Below are positions 52,766 through 63,072 of a stretch of 64,000 nt of DNA, piece by piece; within the stretch, counting starts at the first letter, position 1, and the number at the start of each line of letters is the position of its first letter. This DNA comes from an uncultured cyanobacterium (GTDB lineage: Bacteria > Cyanobacteriota > Cyanobacteriia > PCC-9006 > JAAUQQ01): assembly GCA_963718615.1 (NCBI GenBank), contig OY970368.1, forward strand, positions 4,320,001 through 4,384,000, in the 5' to 3' direction. The notes beneath the pieces were generated by a model. The model saw only the letters and a list, made by a program, of their open reading frames with translations, had not been told where the DNA came from and ran no database searches. The position numbers and the translations under genes are program-made.

Positions 52766-54466
52766 ATGGCTGTTCCCCAAGACCCCTCCCCCAATCCACC
52801 CCAACGTCGCGACGACGATCATGCGCCAGCGGCAGTGCGACCTACGCCGAGCCCCCAGCGATCGCTCGCCGGTATCGCAGGTATCGTTGCCATTGCAACC
52901 CTCCTGAGCAAAGTCGTGGGACTGATACGGCAGGTGGCGATCGCCGCTGCCTTTGGGGTCGGGCCTGCGGTGGGGGCCTACGAGTTTTCCAGCATCATCC
53001 CCGGTTTTTTCCTCATTCTCCTCGGCGGGATTAATGGCCCCTTCCACAGCGCCATGGTCAGCGCCCTCGCCAAGCGCAAGCGGGAAGAAGCTGGGCCGCT
53101 GGTTGAACGCATTTCTACCCTCGTGGGTCTTGTGCTCCTGGGGGTGACGATTATCGTGGTCCTGGCTGCGCCCCTGCTGATTGACCTGATTGCACCGGGA
53201 CTCAGCAGTTCTGAAGTCGGGCTAGAGGTGCGGCGGATTGCCATCCAACAGTTGCGGATCATGGCTCCCATGGCCTGGTTTGCTGGGATGATTGGCATTG
53301 GCTTTGGAGCGCTGAATGCGGCGGATCAGTATTGGTTGCCCTCAATTAGTCCGCTGCTGTCTAGCCTAACGGTAATTCTGGGCGTGGCGATTCTGGGGCT
53401 GACGCTGGGGCCACGGCTGCTGTCGCCGGAATACGCCCTGGTGGGTGGCTTGGTCCTGGCGGGGACGACGCTGGCGGGGACGATTTTGCAATGGTTGGCC
53501 CAGGTGTGGGCGCAGAAGCGCGAGGGCTTGGGGCGACTGCGGCTGCGGTTTGGGTTTCAGGATTCCGGTGTCAAGGATGTGACGAAGGTGCTAGGACCGG
53601 CGCTGTTTGCCTCGGGGATGCTGCAAATCAATGTCTATACCGATATGATTTTCACGTCATTTTTGCCCGATCCAGCGGCGTCGGTGTCAGCCTTAAACTA
53701 CGCCAATTTGCTGGTTCAGGCTCCCTTGGGAATTTTGTCGAATATGATTTTGGTGCCGTTTTTGCCAGTGTTTTCGCGGCTGCGGGACCCCCAAGATTGG
53801 CCAGAGCTCAAGGACCGGATTCGCCAGGGGGTGGTGTTGACGGCGATCGCCATGCTCCCCGTCGGAGCCTTGATCCTTGCCCTCGCTAAACCCATTGTGC
53901 AAGTGGTCTACGAACGGGGTGCCTTCCAGGCCCAGGCGTCGCAAATTGTTGCAGCGGTCCTCATGGCCTATGCGGTGGGGATGTTTGTGTATCTAGGTCG
54001 TGATGTCTTGGTGCGGGTGTTTTATGGCCTGGGAGATGGCACGACCCCCTTCCGCATCAGCATGGTCAATATCTTTCTCAATGCCTTGCTAGATTTTATT
54101 TTTGTGCGTGTCTTCCATTGGGGAACTCCCGGTCTTGTCCTGGCAACCGTTGGTGTCAATATTGTTTCCTTTGGTGCGCTTCTTTGGATTTTGAACCGGC
54201 GGCTCCAAGGGCTGCGGCTGCGGCGTTGGGTCTGGCCGTTGCTGGGGCTACTGGGGGCAAGTGTGGTGAGTGGCGTGGTGGCCTCGTTGATTTTGCGTGG
54301 TATTCAGGCAGTGTTGCCGGTGCAAAATTTCTTTGGTCATGCGATGGAATTATCGGGATCTGGAATCGTGGGACTGATCCTTTTTATCTTAATGGCGTCG
54401 CAGTTGGGCCTGCCGGAGTTTGACCAGTTTACAGGGCGGATTCGGCAGAAAGTCCTGCGGCGATAG
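52766..54466 (+). CDS. murJ: Lipid II flippase MurJ (MviN)
   Basis: LLSKVVGLIRQ, GGINGPFHSA, YERGAF, RVFY. Confidence 0.95.
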   Translation: MAVPQDPSPNPPQRRDDDHAPAAVRPTPSPQRSLAGIAGIVAIATLLSKVVGLIRQVAIAAAFGVGPAVGAYEFSSIIPGFFLILLGGINGPFHSAMVSALAKRKREEAGPLVERISTLVGLVLLGVTIIVVLAAPLLIDLIAPGLSSSEVGLEVRRIAIQQLRIMAPMAWFAGMIGIGFGALNAADQYWLPSISPLLSSLTVILGVAILGLTLGPRLLSPEYALVGGLVLAGTTLAGTILQWLAQVWAQKREGLGRLRLRFGFQDSGVKDVTKVLGPALFASGMLQINVYTDMIFTSFLPDPAASVSALNYANLLVQAPLGILSNMILVPFLPVFSRLRDPQDWPELKDRIRQGVVLTAIAMLPVGALILALAKPIVQVVYERGAFQAQASQIVAAVLMAYAVGMFVYLGRDVLVRVFYGLGDGTTPFRISMVNIFLNALLDFIFVRVFHWGTPGLVLATVGVNIVSFGALLWILNRRLQGLRLRRWVWPLLGLLGASVVSGVVASLILRGIQAVLPVQNFFGHAMELSGSGIVGLILFILMASQLGLPEFDQFTGRIRQKVLRR

Positions 54467-54511
54467 GGGCGCGTTGCTGAACGAATCAATCTGGCAAATC
54501 AATCTGGCAAA

Positions 54512-54973
54512 TCAAGCTGGCAAAAAATCGTCGTCCAAAATTGCTTCGATCCCATAGGGGCAAGCTTGAGGAAATCGATTCAGGGGTAAACCTGTTTCAG
54601 CCTTCGCCTGCTTGATCGCCTGCCCATAGGCATCCGCCAGAACCTCTCGTCCAAAAACAAGTAAACTCGGCGAATCTGCCAGGGTCTCCCGAATTCGACG
54701 ACGATGCTCTAGGAGGCTGCTTTCCCAACTGCCACTGCGACGCTCTGGCTGAAACTGCCATTTCAGCAGGTGGAGGAGTACGACGATCAAGTTACTTTTG
54801 AGACTACGGCGCTCCCGTTTTCCCATATCTTCGATTTCCTCAATCACATGCACCCAATCGACGTCGGGATAGGCTTGCGATCGCAACTGCGCCACTGTCG
54901 TTTCTAACCATTGCAGATAATCCACCTCATATAGCTGGGTCGGAACAGCCTGGGTTTGCTCGATCGCGGCCAT
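54512..54973 (-). CDS. DUF29 family protein
   Basis: LYEVDYLQW, EEIEDMG, HLLKWQFQ, SPSL, FP..CPY. Confidence 0.92.
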   Translation of the reverse strand: MAAIEQTQAVPTQLYEVDYLQWLETTVAQLRSQAYPDVDWVHVIEEIEDMGKRERRSLKSNLIVVLLHLLKWQFQPERRSGSWESSLLEHRRRIRETLADSPSLLVFGREVLADAYGQAIKQAKAETGLPLNRFPQACPYGIEAILDDDFLPA

Positions 54974-54976
54974 AGG

Positions 54977-55459
54977 CTATACCTCCGGTACATTGCCCTG
55001 AATCACCAACACCGAGCAAGGTGCGTGGTGCAAAACAAAATTGCTGACACTGCCCATGAGCAACTCCGAAAAACCACTGCGACCCCGCCGCCCCAAAAGC
55101 ACGAGGTCTGCCCCCCAGGTTTTGGCTTGGTTGCAAATCAGCGCCCCCGGATCCCCCATGTCGCAACTCAGGGTTGTTTTCACCCCTGCCGCTTGGGCCT
55201 GGGCCTGATAGCCTTCCAAGCTGTCTTGGATTCTACGCAGATCGATTTGCATCATTTCCATGTCGATGGCGGGGAGCTCAAAGTTGGGAACCGCGCTCAA
55301 TCCTCCAAAATTCTCTCGCTGAAAACTAGAAGCCCACTGCAAACAGCTCATGAGATGAATCTCGCTGTCTTCGCGATGGGCGAGGTCGATGGCCTGGGCC
55401 AGCAGTTCCTCAGAGGTGTCCGAGCGATCGAGGGCAACCAGAATTTTGTGAAAGGCCAT
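54977..55459 (-). CDS. Universal stress protein
   Basis: KILVALD, GRRGRSG..LLMGSVSNFVLHHAPCSVLV. Confidence 0.92.
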   Translation of the reverse strand: MAFHKILVALDRSDTSEELLAQAIDLAHREDSEIHLMSCLQWASSFQRENFGGLSAVPNFELPAIDMEMMQIDLRRIQDSLEGYQAQAQAAGVKTTLSCDMGDPGALICNQAKTWGADLVLLGRRGRSGFSELLMGSVSNFVLHHAPCSVLVIQGNVPEV

Positions 55460-55531
55460 GGTTCTTTGTTTTCGCAACTTTAAGGATCAGACGCTGGCAG
55501 GGGATCAACTCCCAAGCTCATTCTAATGGCC

Positions 55532-55595
55532 AGACACCGGGTGTCGTTGAAGATTTGGAATGAGCTGCAAGTTTGTGGACAGACACCCGGTGTCT
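55532..55595. repeat. 64-bp element with 13-bp terminal IR AGACACCGGGTGT
   Basis: Second copy of the element at 43948-44011. Confidence 0.8.
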
Positions 55596-55634
55596 AGGGG
55601 AGAAAAACCAACTGGACCCGCCATCTTGATCTCC

Positions 55635-56216
55635 CTAAGCCGCAAAAATATCCGCAACGGTTAGGTTTAACTCAGGAAAACACCGGGACCGAATCAGGTC
55701 ATCCCCACCAAACTCGGTCGCCTCGTACAGATCATCCACCAGTAAACAAATCGTCACCCTCTGCGCCAAAGGATCAACAATCCAATATTCTTCAATGCCC
55801 AAGACATTGTATTCAGCCCGTTTAGTACGGTAATCGGTCCGCAACGTCGATTCACTCACCACCTCAACCACCAACAACGGCGGGGGTTCATTCAACCGAA
55901 TCACCGCTTCCCGTCGCGCCAACTCCTGCCATTGCTCCGTCGGCAAAACAACCACATCAGGAATTCGAGACGTATCCCAACGACCCCGTTGAGGAGATTG
56001 GATACCCACCATCATCAGCTTCGCAGTCCAGTTGAGACCAAGGCGCTTCGCTTCAGCATTGAACGCAACATAAATACATTCTGCGGCTCCGCCATGTTCA
56101 CCAGTTCCTAGAGACATCGGGATTAATTCTCCCTCGACAAGTTCATAGCGTTGGTCCGTACCATCGTCATAGCTGAGGTAGTCCTGGAAAGAAAACCGCT
56201 GGAGGGTCACCGTCAT
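55635..56216 (-). CDS. Uma2 family endonuclease
   Basis: RYELVEG, IPDVVV, LVVEVVS, K..EY..GIEEYWIVDP. Confidence 0.93.
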   Translation of the reverse strand: MTVTLQRFSFQDYLSYDDGTDQRYELVEGELIPMSLGTGEHGGAAECIYVAFNAEAKRLGLNWTAKLMMVGIQSPQRGRWDTSRIPDVVVLPTEQWQELARREAVIRLNEPPPLLVVEVVSESTLRTDYRTKRAEYNVLGIEEYWIVDPLAQRVTICLLVDDLYEATEFGGDDLIRSRCFPELNLTVADIFAA

Positions 56217-56305
56217 GGCTGAAAGCTCCGCTGAACAGATGTTCTTATCATAGTCATCATTCTGCTCCAGCGCTAAACCCTAGAGCAGAGTCCTAAAGCA
56301 ACATC

Positions 56306-58387
56306 CTAAAGCAACGTCCTCGCACCATTGGCCTCTCCCAAAACAATCGTCGAACAATCCAGCTGTTTGAGGAGCTGGCCCGTAATGCTGCTAAAGCCAA
56401 AGCCTTCCGCCGCAGTTTGGTGCCGCTGGGAATGCAAAATTACCAAATCAAAGTGGCTCGCCTCCTGCAAAATCACCCGACCCACATCATCCCCCCGCAG
56501 AATACGAGTCCGCACCGCACCAACTAACTGCGCTCGCTCAACCAGCAGCTTGGTTTCCGCCTGAGCCCAGTCCTCCCATTCTTGACCCAGGGAAGGCCCC
56601 AAAATATGCAACAACGTGATTTCCGCCTGGAGCGCAGCGGTTAAAAGTTGGGCAAAAACCACCATCTTCACCGCCCGTTCCGAAAAATTTTCCACGGGGA
56701 CCAAAATGCGAGAGAGCGATCGCGGCGACTGTTTCAAATGCGCCACCGCCACCGGACAAGGCGCGGACCCAAACACACTGTCCACCGTATTGCCAAACAG
56801 ACGCGCCCGCAGCGTCGTGGTATTGCTCCCTCCCATGACCACGAGATCAGCCCGCTGTTCTTGGCTAGCGCGGTAGATGCCCAAGGCCACCTGGTCGTCG
56901 ATGCGGAGGAGGGGATTGACGGCGATCGCAAACGTCTGACTGACTTCCTCCGCCTTGGCCAACAGCGCCTCACTGCGGGACATCGCCGTCGCCAACTGCT
57001 GCCGGTTCATGTGGGGCCGCGCCAGTGTAATCGCCAGGGGCACAATCCGTCCATTTTGGTGTTGGGCCAAAAGTGCCGCCAGCTCAATCAAATCGGTTTC
57101 GGTACGAGGGTTGTAAATCGGGACGACGACCGTAAAGGGATGGACCGTGACGCCATCGGCTGTGGGTGTGGGACTGAAGGTTTGACTGATGTTGGGGGCG
57201 ATCGCCCCTTCCGGCACCGGCAACCCCACCGCCGCCCGCGACACGATCAGCGGTCCCACCGTCGCCGTCACCAGCATCATCACCACAACGCTATTCAACA
57301 CATCGTCACTCAACATGCCAACGCGATTGCCCACCAGCGTCGCCGCCAGTGTCGTGGCCACCTGGGGAATCGACATCGACCACATCGTCAGCATTTCCTG
57401 CCAGGAATAGCGAAAGCTGAGTTTGGCCAACAGCGCCGCGATGAACTTACTGGCCATCAATCCCCCCACGATCGCCAAGGCCAACCCAAAGGCCGACACA
57501 CTGCTAATAAAGGCAGGCAAATCAATCAGCAGGCCAATGTTGACAAAAAAGATCGGAATAAACAGCACACTGCCCACAAATACAACTTTTTCCTTAACGG
57601 GACCATCCCCCACCACATCGTTAACGGCAAGACCCGACAAAAAGGCTCCGACGATTTTCTCAACGCCGATCAGTTGTGCTCCCAACGCTGCTACAAAAAC
57701 CGCTAATAAAACAAACAAAAACTGATTGCCTTCATCGCCGCCCGATCGCCGAAAGAAATCTCGACCAATGCGATCAATGCCAAACAACACCACCAGCGTA
57801 TAAAGCGCCAGGGAGATCAGCAGCGTCAACAGCTTGGCGACGCTAAATCCCCCCCCATGGACGCCCAAGCAAATCGCCAAGACAATCAGCGCCCCAATGT
57901 CCGTACAAATCGTCGCGCCAATGGTCACCGTAACCGCCTCATTGGCCACCACCCCCAACCGCCGCACAATCGGGTAGGTCATGAGGCTGTGGGACGCCAG
58001 CAGCGACCCGAGCAAAATCGCAGCATTCCAATCGAACTGAAACAAACGGCCAATGACAATGCCCGTGATCAAGGGAACGGTAAATGTCAACGCGCCAAAT
58101 CCAGCGGAGCGGTGCTTCACCTTGCGCAGTTGGTCTAGGTCAATTTCTAGCCCCGCCACAAACATCAGATAGAGCAGCCCAACATCGGCTAAAAGCTCCA
58201 TTACCGGCGAATCTACCGCAAGCAGCCCCAAGCCGTTTTGACCCAAGGCAACGCCAGCGGCCAGTAATCCTAGGACACCCGGCAGGCGCAGGCGTTCAAA
58301 CAGGGGCGGGACGATGAGACTGACCGCCAGCAAGAGGGCAAAAGAGCTGATGGGCTCTTCGTGGAAAAGGGACTGTAGGAGGTCCAT
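56306..58387 (-). CDS. Cation:proton antiporter with C-terminal USP-like domains
   Basis: N-terminal CPA TM domain (LMFVAGLE, IVGAF), two USP-like domains. Confidence 0.88.
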   Translation of the reverse strand: MDLLQSLFHEEPISSFALLLAVSLIVPPLFERLRLPGVLGLLAAGVALGQNGLGLLAVDSPVMELLADVGLLYLMFVAGLEIDLDQLRKVKHRSAGFGALTFTVPLITGIVIGRLFQFDWNAAILLGSLLASHSLMTYPIVRRLGVVANEAVTVTIGATICTDIGALIVLAICLGVHGGGFSVAKLLTLLISLALYTLVVLFGIDRIGRDFFRRSGGDEGNQFLFVLLAVFVAALGAQLIGVEKIVGAFLSGLAVNDVVGDGPVKEKVVFVGSVLFIPIFFVNIGLLIDLPAFISSVSAFGLALAIVGGLMASKFIAALLAKLSFRYSWQEMLTMWSMSIPQVATTLAATLVGNRVGMLSDDVLNSVVVMMLVTATVGPLIVSRAAVGLPVPEGAIAPNISQTFSPTPTADGVTVHPFTVVVPIYNPRTETDLIELAALLAQHQNGRIVPLAITLARPHMNRQQLATAMSRSEALLAKAEEVSQTFAIAVNPLLRIDDQVALGIYRASQEQRADLVVMGGSNTTTLRARLFGNTVDSVFGSAPCPVAVAHLKQSPRSLSRILVPVENFSERAVKMVVFAQLLTAALQAEITLLHILGPSLGQEWEDWAQAETKLLVERAQLVGAVRTRILRGDDVGRVILQEASHFDLVILHSQRHQTAAEGFGFSSITGQLLKQLDCSTIVLGEANGARTLL

Positions 58388-58599
58388 GGAGCGCGCTCAC
58401 GGGGTACTGAATTTGACTTTCATAGCATAAGAGCGATATTGCGAGGGTTCAGCACTGTGGTTCATCACTGTGTCCATCACATCGGCTTCCCATCGGCCTG
58501 ATATCCTTGATATCTGGAGCTTGGTCTCTGCTTGGATCAAGCAACCGCTTTCAAACCTAAAATTCGTTCACCCCATTCGTTCACCCCACTCGTTCACCC

Positions 58600-60642
58600 A
58601 TGCCCACCCTGATTGCCGCCTCGCCAGCCTTTCCGCTGAGTGCCGTCGTTGGCCAAGATGCCATCAAGCTGGCCTTGTTGCTGTCCGCTGTTGATCCGGG
58701 TTTAGGGGGGGTGGTGATTGCGGGACGACGGGGCACTGCCAAATCCGTTATGGCGCGGGCGCTCCATGCTTTGCTGCCGCCGATTGAAATCGTCACAGGG
58801 TCGCTCAACTGCGATCCCCAACGGCCTGATGCCTGGGATGATGACACTGCTGCTCGCTTGGAGCCCCACCCCCCCATCGAAGCCCTAGCCACCGAAGTAA
58901 TTCCTGCCCCGTTCATTCAGGTGCCTCTGGGCGTCACCGAAGACCGACTGCTGGGGTCGGTGGATGTGAGCCGGTCGATTCAGCAAGGAGAGCCGGTGTT
59001 TTTGCCCGGTCTTTTGGCGGAGGCCCATCGGGGGGTGCTGTATGTCGATGAAATCAATTTGCTCGATGACCAGATCGCCAATTTGCTCCTGGGGGCGCTG
59101 AGCGAAGGGCGCAATATTATTGAGCGGGAAGGCATTAGTTTTCAGCATCCCTGCACGCCGTTGCTGATTGCCACGTACAACCCCGAGGAAGGGTCGCTGC
59201 GGGATCATTTGTTGGATCGGTTTGCGATCGCCCTCTCCGCCGACACCCCCCTTTCCATGGACAAACGGGTTCAAGCCGTAGACCAATCCCTGGGCTACGC
59301 CAATGATCCCCAAGGCTTTATGGACCGCTACGCCGAGGAAAACGACGGCCTCAAGACCCAGGTGCTCCTGGCACGGGAATGGCTCAAGGATGTGACGATT
59401 TCGACGGAACAGGTGAAGTATCTGGTGCTGGAAGCGATGCGCGGTGGAGTTCAGGGCCATCGGGCGGAGCTGTTTGCTGTGCGAGTTGCCAAGGCCTGTG
59501 CCGCTCTGGATGGCCGCACCGAAGTCAATGCAGATGATTTGCGCGCCGCAGTTCGCCTAGTGATTGTGCCCCGCGCCCATGTCATGCCGCCGCCCCTAGA
59601 AGACGAGCAGCCCGCGCCGCCACCGCCGCCCCAGTCCCCGGATGATGCCCAGGATGATTCCAACCCGGACGAGGATCAAACGGATGACAACGAGGACGAT
59701 AGCGAGGACGATGCCCCAGACCAGCCCGAGGATCAACAACAGGATCTGCCGGAGGAGTTTTTCTTTGACCCAGAGGGGGTGATTTTAGATGATTCGGTCA
59801 TGGCCTTTACTCAGCAGTTTAGTAAGCAGGGCAACTCGGGGGCGCGATCGCTCATCTTCTCCGAAGACCGAGGTCGCTATGTCAAACCCCTCCTGCCCCG
59901 TGGCCCCGTCAAACGCATTGCTGTAGACGCAACCCTACGCGCCGCTGCCCCCTACCAAAAAGCCCGCCGCGCCCGCAATCCTGGTCGCAATGTCATCGTT
60001 GAACAGGGGGATATCCGCTCGAAGCTGCTGATGCGCAAGGCCGGTGCGCTGGTGGTCTTCCTGGTGGATGCGTCAGGGTCGATGGCGGTGAACCGAATGC
60101 AGTCGGCTAAGGGCGCGGTGATTCGTCTGTTGACCGAAGCCTACGAAAACCGCGACCAAGTCGCGCTCATTCCCTTCCGGGGCGAACAGGCGGAAGTGCT
60201 GTTGCCGCCCACGCGATCGATTACTGCGGCGAAGAAACGGTTAGAAAAAATGCCCTGCGGCGGTGGTTCACCGTTATCCCATGGCTTAACCCAGGCGGCT
60301 CGGGTGGCGACGAATGCGATCGCCTCCGGTGACATCGGCCAAGCGGTGGTGGTGGCAATTACCGATGGTCGGGGGAATATTCCCTTGGCGCGATCCCTCG
60401 GTGAACCCCTGGAAGAAGGAGAAAAGCCCAATATCAAGGAAGAACTACTGGAAATCGCGGCGCAGTATCCTCGGTTGGGATTGCAACTGCTGGTGATTGA
60501 TACGGAGAATAAATTTATCTCGACGGGGTTTGCCAAGGAGTTGGCGGCGGCGGCCCAGGGGACCTATTACCATTTGCCAAAGGCGACGGACCAGGCGATC
60601 GCCGCTGCAACCCAAAGTGCACTGAAACAGGCAATGGGCTAG
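58600..60642 (+). CDS. chlD: Magnesium chelatase subunit D
   Basis: AAA ([16 protein letters not shown]), Pro/acidic linker, vWA DASGS. Confidence 0.96.
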   Translation: MPTLIAASPAFPLSAVVGQDAIKLALLLSAVDPGLGGVVIAGRRGTAKSVMARALHALLPPIEIVTGSLNCDPQRPDAWDDDTAARLEPHPPIEALATEVIPAPFIQVPLGVTEDRLLGSVDVSRSIQQGEPVFLPGLLAEAHRGVLYVDEINLLDDQIANLLLGALSEGRNIIEREGISFQHPCTPLLIATYNPEEGSLRDHLLDRFAIALSADTPLSMDKRVQAVDQSLGYANDPQGFMDRYAEENDGLKTQVLLAREWLKDVTISTEQVKYLVLEAMRGGVQGHRAELFAVRVAKACAALDGRTEVNADDLRAAVRLVIVPRAHVMPPPLEDEQPAPPPPPQSPDDAQDDSNPDEDQTDDNEDDSEDDAPDQPEDQQQDLPEEFFFDPEGVILDDSVMAFTQQFSKQGNSGARSLIFSEDRGRYVKPLLPRGPVKRIAVDATLRAAAPYQKARRARNPGRNVIVEQGDIRSKLLMRKAGALVVFLVDASGSMAVNRMQSAKGAVIRLLTEAYENRDQVALIPFRGEQAEVLLPPTRSITAAKKRLEKMPCGGGSPLSHGLTQAARVATNAIASGDIGQAVVVAITDGRGNIPLARSLGEPLEEGEKPNIKEELLEIAAQYPRLGLQLLVIDTENKFISTGFAKELAAAAQGTYYHLPKATDQAIAAATQSALKQAMG

Positions 60643-60653
60643 TCTTGGGACAA

Positions 60654-62523
60654 GGACCCTGCATGGGATGTGGAAGGCACAGGCCCGTACCGTTCGATCT
60701 AAATTCATGGAAGCCGACTGATCAAATCACCCCGTCGAAAGGTTGCAGATAGCTGCTGTAAGGAAATCTCTTGTTCTCCATACAGATCCTGGAGTGCCTG
60801 TTGAATATCCTGCAAGGCGGTATTGAAGTAGGCTTCACCCTTTTGTTCAATCAGTCGTTGAGCGGATTGGAAGTTTTGATGGCTAATCTCTCTCATTTGA
60901 ACATTCAGGTCAGACAGAAGTTTTTGTCCCATCTGCATGGCAATAAAGCATGAACCATAGCGAACAAAATTTGGGTCATTTGGCTCCGGTCTTTTACGGC
61001 GATTTTCTGCAATTCTGTAAAGCTGAACAGCGGTTACAATTTGCGCTCCGTTCAATTGTTCCGTGAAGATCGAATCATACAGTTTGCCAAAATGTTCACG
61101 GGAGAAGAATTTGGCCTGATGCGGTTTTCTTCGCCAAACCGATAACACGGCTTCCGCAGCGACCCCTGAAGTGATATCCGTAGATCGAGTGCTCGTATCA
61201 GAGCGTTTACGCCGATAATTAAACCCTAATTGCTGAATATCCATTTCCAATCTTTGCTGACGCTCATCATTGGCGCGTAAGTCTTTGAGATCTACGGGGT
61301 TTTGGCTATTAGTTGCGTAGGTAATCCTTTGAACTAAACCTTCATTTTCACGCGGTAATTGATAAAGTCGCAGAAGAACATAAGCTTGGGTATTTTGATG
61401 CAACAAAGCCGGTTCTTGCAGCGTTTTGAAGATGGTCATGCAGGTTTGACCACCGTTAATGATTTGTAGATTTTCGACACGTACCTGATAATTACTATCT
61501 TGCAATGCGTTAAATGAAAAACCATCGCAAGTCAGAGTGATCCCGTTGTTGTAGAAGTAAAAGTTGTTTTTTTCATCACTCATTAAAGTATGGCGGATAC
61601 CCTCATTGACGCGATTTCCTTGCAAACCTAGGTAGCGACGAATATTGCGCTCTAATAATCGTTCACCATGTCGCTCAATGAGGGCTGCAATTTCAGTCAC
61701 GGCAATCCTGCCGACGAGTACCCGGCTAAACTCCATATCTTCCACCATGGCTTTGCCGCTGAGCTGCAAAGTCTCTTTCACAGGTTTAGACGCTTGAAGA
61801 ATTTTGACTAAACGCTCGTGATTAACATGTTCCCACGTCACTTGATCACCAAACCCAGTCCGTTGAATCGCTTCCTGGGCAGATGCATTCCACGTCAGCC
61901 CATTATTACAAGCGAGTGCTCGAACTTGTGGAATATAGCCATCTCGAATCAAGCTACGGGCTTCTTCTACCTTTGCGAGTAGTCGTTCATTAATATGCTC
62001 TAATCTAGCTGCGGGATTAAACAAGTATTGAATTGCTTTGATTAAACTCTCTATGCCTCCTTCAGGAAAGTTAGCGTTGCCCTCTAAATTATTCCTATAT
62101 TTTGCTTGAAATAAACTAACTGTAAATTCACCATCATACTCTTCAGAGATATGCATCGCATCTACGCCAAAGTCACCCCCTCCTTCGGTTAAGCAATCAA
62201 AAGCGTCGTCGTTTTCTAAATCCAAGATGGTTTTCACACAGAGGTACACAAAGGCCAGAGACTTGAGCCTGTTTTCATCTCTGATGTGTAACTCTGCGGA
62301 AGCCTGTTGACGAATATCGTTAACGACTCCTCCTAAGCGTTGGTCAATAATAGATGCGTTGATATTCATGTTGACATTGATAAGATTCAACTGAAACCTA
62401 CCCAGCGCCTGTGCAATCCCCTCTAGGGGGCGGCGTCCCCGACCTTTGGGCCGATGATGGTGCATCACGGACCCTGCATGGGGTGTGGAAGGCACAGGCC
62501 CGTACCGTTCGATCTAAATTCAT
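60654..62523. repeat. 55-bp direct repeats (60654-60708, 62469-62523) bracketing the AIPR gene
   Basis: GGACCCTGCATGGG(A/G)TGTGGAAGGCACAGGCCCGTACCGTTCGATCTAAATTCAT, one mismatch. Confidence 0.95.
60705..62369 (-). CDS. AIPR (abortive infection phage resistance) family protein; start 62369
   Basis: DFGVDA..FQAKY nuclease-like N-terminus; NIRRYLG, FYFYNNGIT, QIINGGQT, TNSQN. Confidence 0.9.
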   Translation of the reverse strand: MNINASIIDQRLGGVVNDIRQQASAELHIRDENRLKSLAFVYLCVKTILDLENDDAFDCLTEGGGDFGVDAMHISEEYDGEFTVSLFQAKYRNNLEGNANFPEGGIESLIKAIQYLFNPAARLEHINERLLAKVEEARSLIRDGYIPQVRALACNNGLTWNASAQEAIQRTGFGDQVTWEHVNHERLVKILQASKPVKETLQLSGKAMVEDMEFSRVLVGRIAVTEIAALIERHGERLLERNIRRYLGLQGNRVNEGIRHTLMSDEKNNFYFYNNGITLTCDGFSFNALQDSNYQVRVENLQIINGGQTCMTIFKTLQEPALLHQNTQAYVLLRLYQLPRENEGLVQRITYATNSQNPVDLKDLRANDERQQRLEMDIQQLGFNYRRKRSDTSTRSTDITSGVAAEAVLSVWRRKPHQAKFFSREHFGKLYDSIFTEQLNGAQIVTAVQLYRIAENRRKRPEPNDPNFVRYGSCFIAMQMGQKLLSDLNVQMREISHQNFQSAQRLIEQKGEAYFNTALQDIQQALQDLYGEQEISLQQLSATFRRGDLISRLP

Positions 62524-62608
62524 TCTCGTTCCTAAGTGTAAAATTTCAGGAAAGCCGACAATTCTTTGGGTAATACAAAGATAGAGTCCTACGTTTGGAG
62601 TTGCCCCG

Positions 62609-63061
62609 ATGACGGATCCGGTCTCAATGACGGCTGGCGCGATCGCCACCCTAGCGTTCCAGAAGTTTATCGAGTCGAGTGCGGGTAAGTTGGGCGAGAA
62701 GTATACGATGGAGGCGATCGCCAAGATGGAGAGCCTGCTCAAGCGCATCTGGACGAAGCTGCGGGGCAAGCCTCGGATCGAAGAAGTCAGAGCCTCGATT
62801 GAGAAAACCCACAAAATCACGCCGGAACAGATCAACCAGGTTGCGGCCTATTTGCAGGTCGCCATCGATGATGATCCCCAATTTGGCTCAGAGCTTCAGG
62901 CGTTAGCTCAGGAGATTAATGCCGGAAAGCTGCAAGATAACAGCAACATGGTGCAAAACGTGACCGGCGACAACAATATGAATGTCCAGGCAAAAGCTGA
63001 ACAAGGCGGGAAGCAGTGGATTGCTGACAAGCAGTACTTTGGTACCTCTGAGTTGGATTAG
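62609..63061 (+). CDS. Bell-like helical protein with C-terminal candidate amyloid signalling motif
   Basis: N-terminal hydrophobic helix, helical bundle ending D.QF..ELQALA, N/Q/G-rich tail matching the next gene's N-terminus. Confidence 0.78.
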   Translation: MTDPVSMTAGAIATLAFQKFIESSAGKLGEKYTMEAIAKMESLLKRIWTKLRGKPRIEEVRASIEKTHKITPEQINQVAAYLQVAIDDDPQFGSELQALAQEINAGKLQDNSNMVQNVTGDNNMNVQAKAEQGGKQWIADKQYFGTSELD

Positions 63062-63072
63062 GAAGCGCTCCC

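Noticed and set aside
56648-57706. 352-aa + strand ORF
   Set aside because: Antisense to the antiporter gene; Arg/His/Gln-rich shadow.
62370-62495. N-terminal extension of AIPR in the ORF track
   Set aside because: It runs into the direct repeat and GC-rich palindromic DNA; ATG 62369 is more credible.
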